This document shows positions 61,349-64,000 of a DNA stretch of 64,000 bases, one piece after another. The translations under genes were made by a program, and so were the position numbers. Every line of letters begins with the position of its first letter. Position 1 is the stretch's first letter. A model generated the notes under the pieces. It saw only the letters and a program-made list of their open reading frames with translations. It ran no database searches and was not told the DNA's origin. The DNA comes from an uncultured Planctomycetaceae bacterium (lineage in GTDB: Bacteria > Planctomycetota > Planctomycetia > Isosphaerales > Isosphaeraceae), in the NCBI GenBank assembly GCA_963833985.1, contig CAWIAD010000002.1, positions 2,560,001 to 2,624,000 on the forward strand. Direction: 5' to 3'.

Positions 61349-62923
61349 TCAGTTTTGCACGCCGCGGGGACTGGCACTGGCGGTCTCGAAATGCCGGCCG
61401 TGCCGGTCCTGAGGATCGTGCTGAAAAGGTGCCGTGAGAGCCAGGCTTTCTGGGGCTCGAGCCGAGCGATTGCGCCGACGATCCCCTGTGATCCGGGCGC
61501 GTGCGTCCGGAGCCAAGCTTGTTCCCGCCTCTCCCTCCTCCTGCCCGTGTCCTCTCTCGCCCCCTCCATTCGCATCCTGCCCGAGGCGCGTGCCCGATTG
61601 GGTTCCTTCTGGCCGCCGATTTCGCTCCGAAACGGCTGTATCCTCTTTGCCAATCTCAACTTGCGTCTCCACCAGATTGGCTTCGTTCAAGATACTCTCA
61701 ATAACTCGTGGAGCACCACCCGTAGGGTGGGTCAGCGCAGCGCAACCCACCGTCTTGCAGACCTTTACGTGCGGGATGCCCCCGCTCGACGGCATTCCGG
61801 CACCATCCCCGTCGTTCCGGCCGTCGCGCGATTCATCGTGTGGTTGACGTGCGACTGGCTCGGGCGCGGGGCCGATCTGTGGCTCATGGACAACCGGCAT
61901 GGGGGGACGGTCGGCCTCGTTGTTGTTGTCGGCGCCGAGCTCGGCTTTTTGCAGGTTCGACAGCGTGGTCAGCGTACGCAGCAGCTCGCGGGTCAGCGCA
62001 CCCTGGTGCCGGCGCAGGACCGCGACGGCCTTGCTGGCGGCGAAGACCGCGCGGTCGGGCTCGGCGTCGGCTTCGATCTGCTCCAGGTCCTCGTGCTCGC
62101 CGAGCCGCGCTTCCAGCCGGTGGATCGCCTCGTCCACGATCGAGCTGAGGACCTCCCAGCCCTCTTTCGGGCTGGCCGGCGGGCGCGACAGGCGCCGCCA
62201 CGGCATCGCGCCGCTGAAATAGGGGCCGGAACTGGCTTTCATGTTGCGGAACAGCTCCCAGAGCTCGCGGCCCTGACCCGGCTCGATCGCATCGACGGCC
62301 TGAAACACGCGGTTGGCGGCCGGGTCGATCATGCCTTCCAGGAAGCTCTTGCCCATGAGCCGCAGGAACCGGTAGTGGTCGGTCTCGCACCATGCGGCCC
62401 GCACGTCGATGAGGTTGCGGAACTCGGACCACCGCGCCAGCAGCCAGCGGCAGCCCTCGGGGAGCTGCTCGAGCCGGGCCAGGAACACGGCGGGCATGTC
62501 GTCGTAGTACTCGGCCTTGCCAAACCGCTCACGCGGGTCGAGGGTGTCCAGCAGCTTGCGGCCCAGGATGTGAGCCTGCTTCAGCCGCGTGGCCTCATCG
62601 CGGTCGCGCTGGCGGTGGACGCGAGCCGCGAGGTAGGCCGTCTCGGCCCGCTCGGCGCGGTCGATCTGCCAGTCGATGCGCGCCGCGTGGCCGACGAGAG
62701 TGCGTTCGACGTCGTTGCGCGGCACGAGTTCAAATGTCCACTGGAGGATCCGTTCGGCGAGCTCCCTGGGATCTTCCTGGGGCAGGACGGGGATGGCGAT
62801 GCGGGCGTTGGCGCCATGCCTCAGCGCGTTGAGCCGGGCGCGGGCCTTGCCTTGATCGCTCTTCGGCCCCGTGCTTTTTGCGGCGTTGCGGCGATTGGCC
62901 GCGATCTGGGCTGTGGTGGCCAC
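61349..62923 (-). CDS. Conserved hypothetical protein (QIAANRRNA-STGP family)
   Basis: MATTAQIAANRRNAAKSTGPKSDQGKARARLNALRHG N-terminus and NEAN motif near the C-terminus; 3' end uncertain. Confidence 0.75.
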   Translation of the reverse strand: MATTAQIAANRRNAAKSTGPKSDQGKARARLNALRHGANARIAIPVLPQEDPRELAERILQWTFELVPRNDVERTLVGHAARIDWQIDRAERAETAYLAARVHRQRDRDEATRLKQAHILGRKLLDTLDPRERFGKAEYYDDMPAVFLARLEQLPEGCRWLLARWSEFRNLIDVRAAWCETDHYRFLRLMGKSFLEGMIDPAANRVFQAVDAIEPGQGRELWELFRNMKASSGPYFSGAMPWRRLSRPPASPKEGWEVLSSIVDEAIHRLEARLGEHEDLEQIEADAEPDRAVFAASKAVAVLRRHQGALTRELLRTLTTLSNLQKAELGADNNNEADRPPMPVVHEPQIGPAPEPVARQPHDESRDGRNDGDGAGMPSSGGIPHVKVCKTVGCAALTHPTGGAPRVIESILNEANLVETQVEIGKEDTAVSERNRRPEGTQSGTRLGQDANGGGERGHGQEEGEAGTSLAPDARARITGDRRRNRSARAPESLALTAPFQHDPQDRHGRHFETASASPRGVQN

Positions 62924-63269
62924 GGAGTTGCTCTTTTTGTTATTGGTGCAGGTCGTGTATGCGGTGTGCAGAGCGGCCCTGGCCGGCGGTTCACCGGAGA
63001 AGCGGCGCGGGGAGCGGCCTCCTCGGCGAGCCAGCGGCCGGTGCGCCGCGATCTGCCGTCTATCTATGAGGATCCGTCCAAAACTGCCCCAGAATCGCGA
63101 AAACTCGGATTTTTGTTTTTTTCCCCGGCCGTCGGGCAAGTGTGTCCTTTCGGCAGGCGATCCTTGCGTGCCGGTGCTTGCACGTGGCCTGCAATCGCAC
63201 GTCCTGGAGTCGCTCCGTCCGGGGCGTCGTGGACATCGTCGCGACCGTTTCCGCCTGAGCCCAGGCCGC

Positions 63270-63972
63270 GAATCGGTGCGTCGTCGCTGCGCTGGACGCA
63301 CCCTGCGCAACAGCTTCCGTCCGGGGCCTTGTGAACATCGCGGCGCTCGCTTCCACGTGGTGTCCGCGAGGTATGGCCACGTGCGTGAGCACGTGGTTTT
63401 CACGGGCGCAGCCTCCAACCTCGGGCGTGAGCCCGACCAGTGAGGAAGCCCGGTTCGCAGATTGGTGCATCGTCGCTGCGCTCGGCACACCCGACGCACC
63501 TGGAGCCCGGGCGCATGGCCAGGTGCGCCAGCGCCATGGACTCTGCGGCGCATGGCCACGAGCGTGAGCACGTGGTTTTCACGGGCGCCGCCTCCAACCT
63601 CGGGCGTGAGCCCGACCAGCCCTTGAACCGGGTCGCCCTCACGGGCGAGGTTGGGGGCTGCGCCCGTCCGAACCACGCCCTCACGGGCGTGGTCGCGGCA
63701 ATGCCACGGGCGTGGTCACGGCACCTCCCGGCTGGGGTGAATCCGTTCCAGACAGCAGCGTCGTCTGGCACCGGTGACCACGGTCGTCAAGGCCGTGGTC
63801 CGGACGGGCGCAGCCTTCACCCTCGGGCGTGAGCCCGACCTGCATCGCGCCGCATCGGACCGATCGCCGGGCCCCCGGTCCGCACGTCCCGCCGCCTGGC
63901 CCGTCTGGCCACGAGCGTGAGCACGTGGTTTTCACGGGCGCAGCCTCCAACCCCGGGCGTGAGCCCGACCTG
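63270..63972. repeat. Cluster of ~62-bp REP/BIME-like repeats
   Basis: GGCCACGAGCGTGAGCACGTGGTTTTCACGGGCGCAGCCTCCAACCTCGGGCGTGAGCCCGACC at ~63376, ~63554 and ~63907; a diverged copy at ~63776 and an inverted copy at ~63634-63694; internal hairpin TCGGGC-GTGA-GCCCGA. Confidence 0.85.
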
Positions 63973-64000
63973 CACATCGGCGCACCACGCTCATCCCCCG

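Noticed and set aside
63370..63972. CRISPR array
   Set aside because: The repeats are ~62 bp with irregular spacers and one inverted copy, which fits REP/BIME better.

Overview
High-GC chromosomal window from a planctomycete, probably Isosphaeraceae-like (inferred from two DUF1559 prepilin-type genes, a PEP-CTERM protein, a DUF1573 protein and Hanks-type kinases). It is mostly housekeeping and envelope or redox genes: rpmE-prfA-prmC, prfB with its programmed +1 frameshift, gluQ, lipB-lipA-leuC-leuD, cysH-Rrf2-sat/cysC, DsbD and thioredoxin-fold proteins, and a sigma-54 two-component pair. About a dozen genes carry single-base indels that are most likely long-read consensus errors. Two complete IS elements (IS66 with an 8-bp target-site duplication (TSD), IS4 with an 11-bp TSD) have both inserted into short repeat motifs. 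The most unusual region is 24.83-28.73 kb, between leuD and the cysH promoter. It holds about 20 copies of GGGGCCACCCAC in both orientations, polarised truncate-and-restart end duplications, two diverged ~250-bp motif-bounded elements, and interposed pieces of mobile DNA (IS630-like fragments, a REP fragment, a toxin-antitoxin pair). A second highlight is a secreted thioredoxin-like gene with an in-frame UGA in a C-Y-R-U position, a candidate selenoprotein. All assignments come from reading the sequence; no database searches were run.
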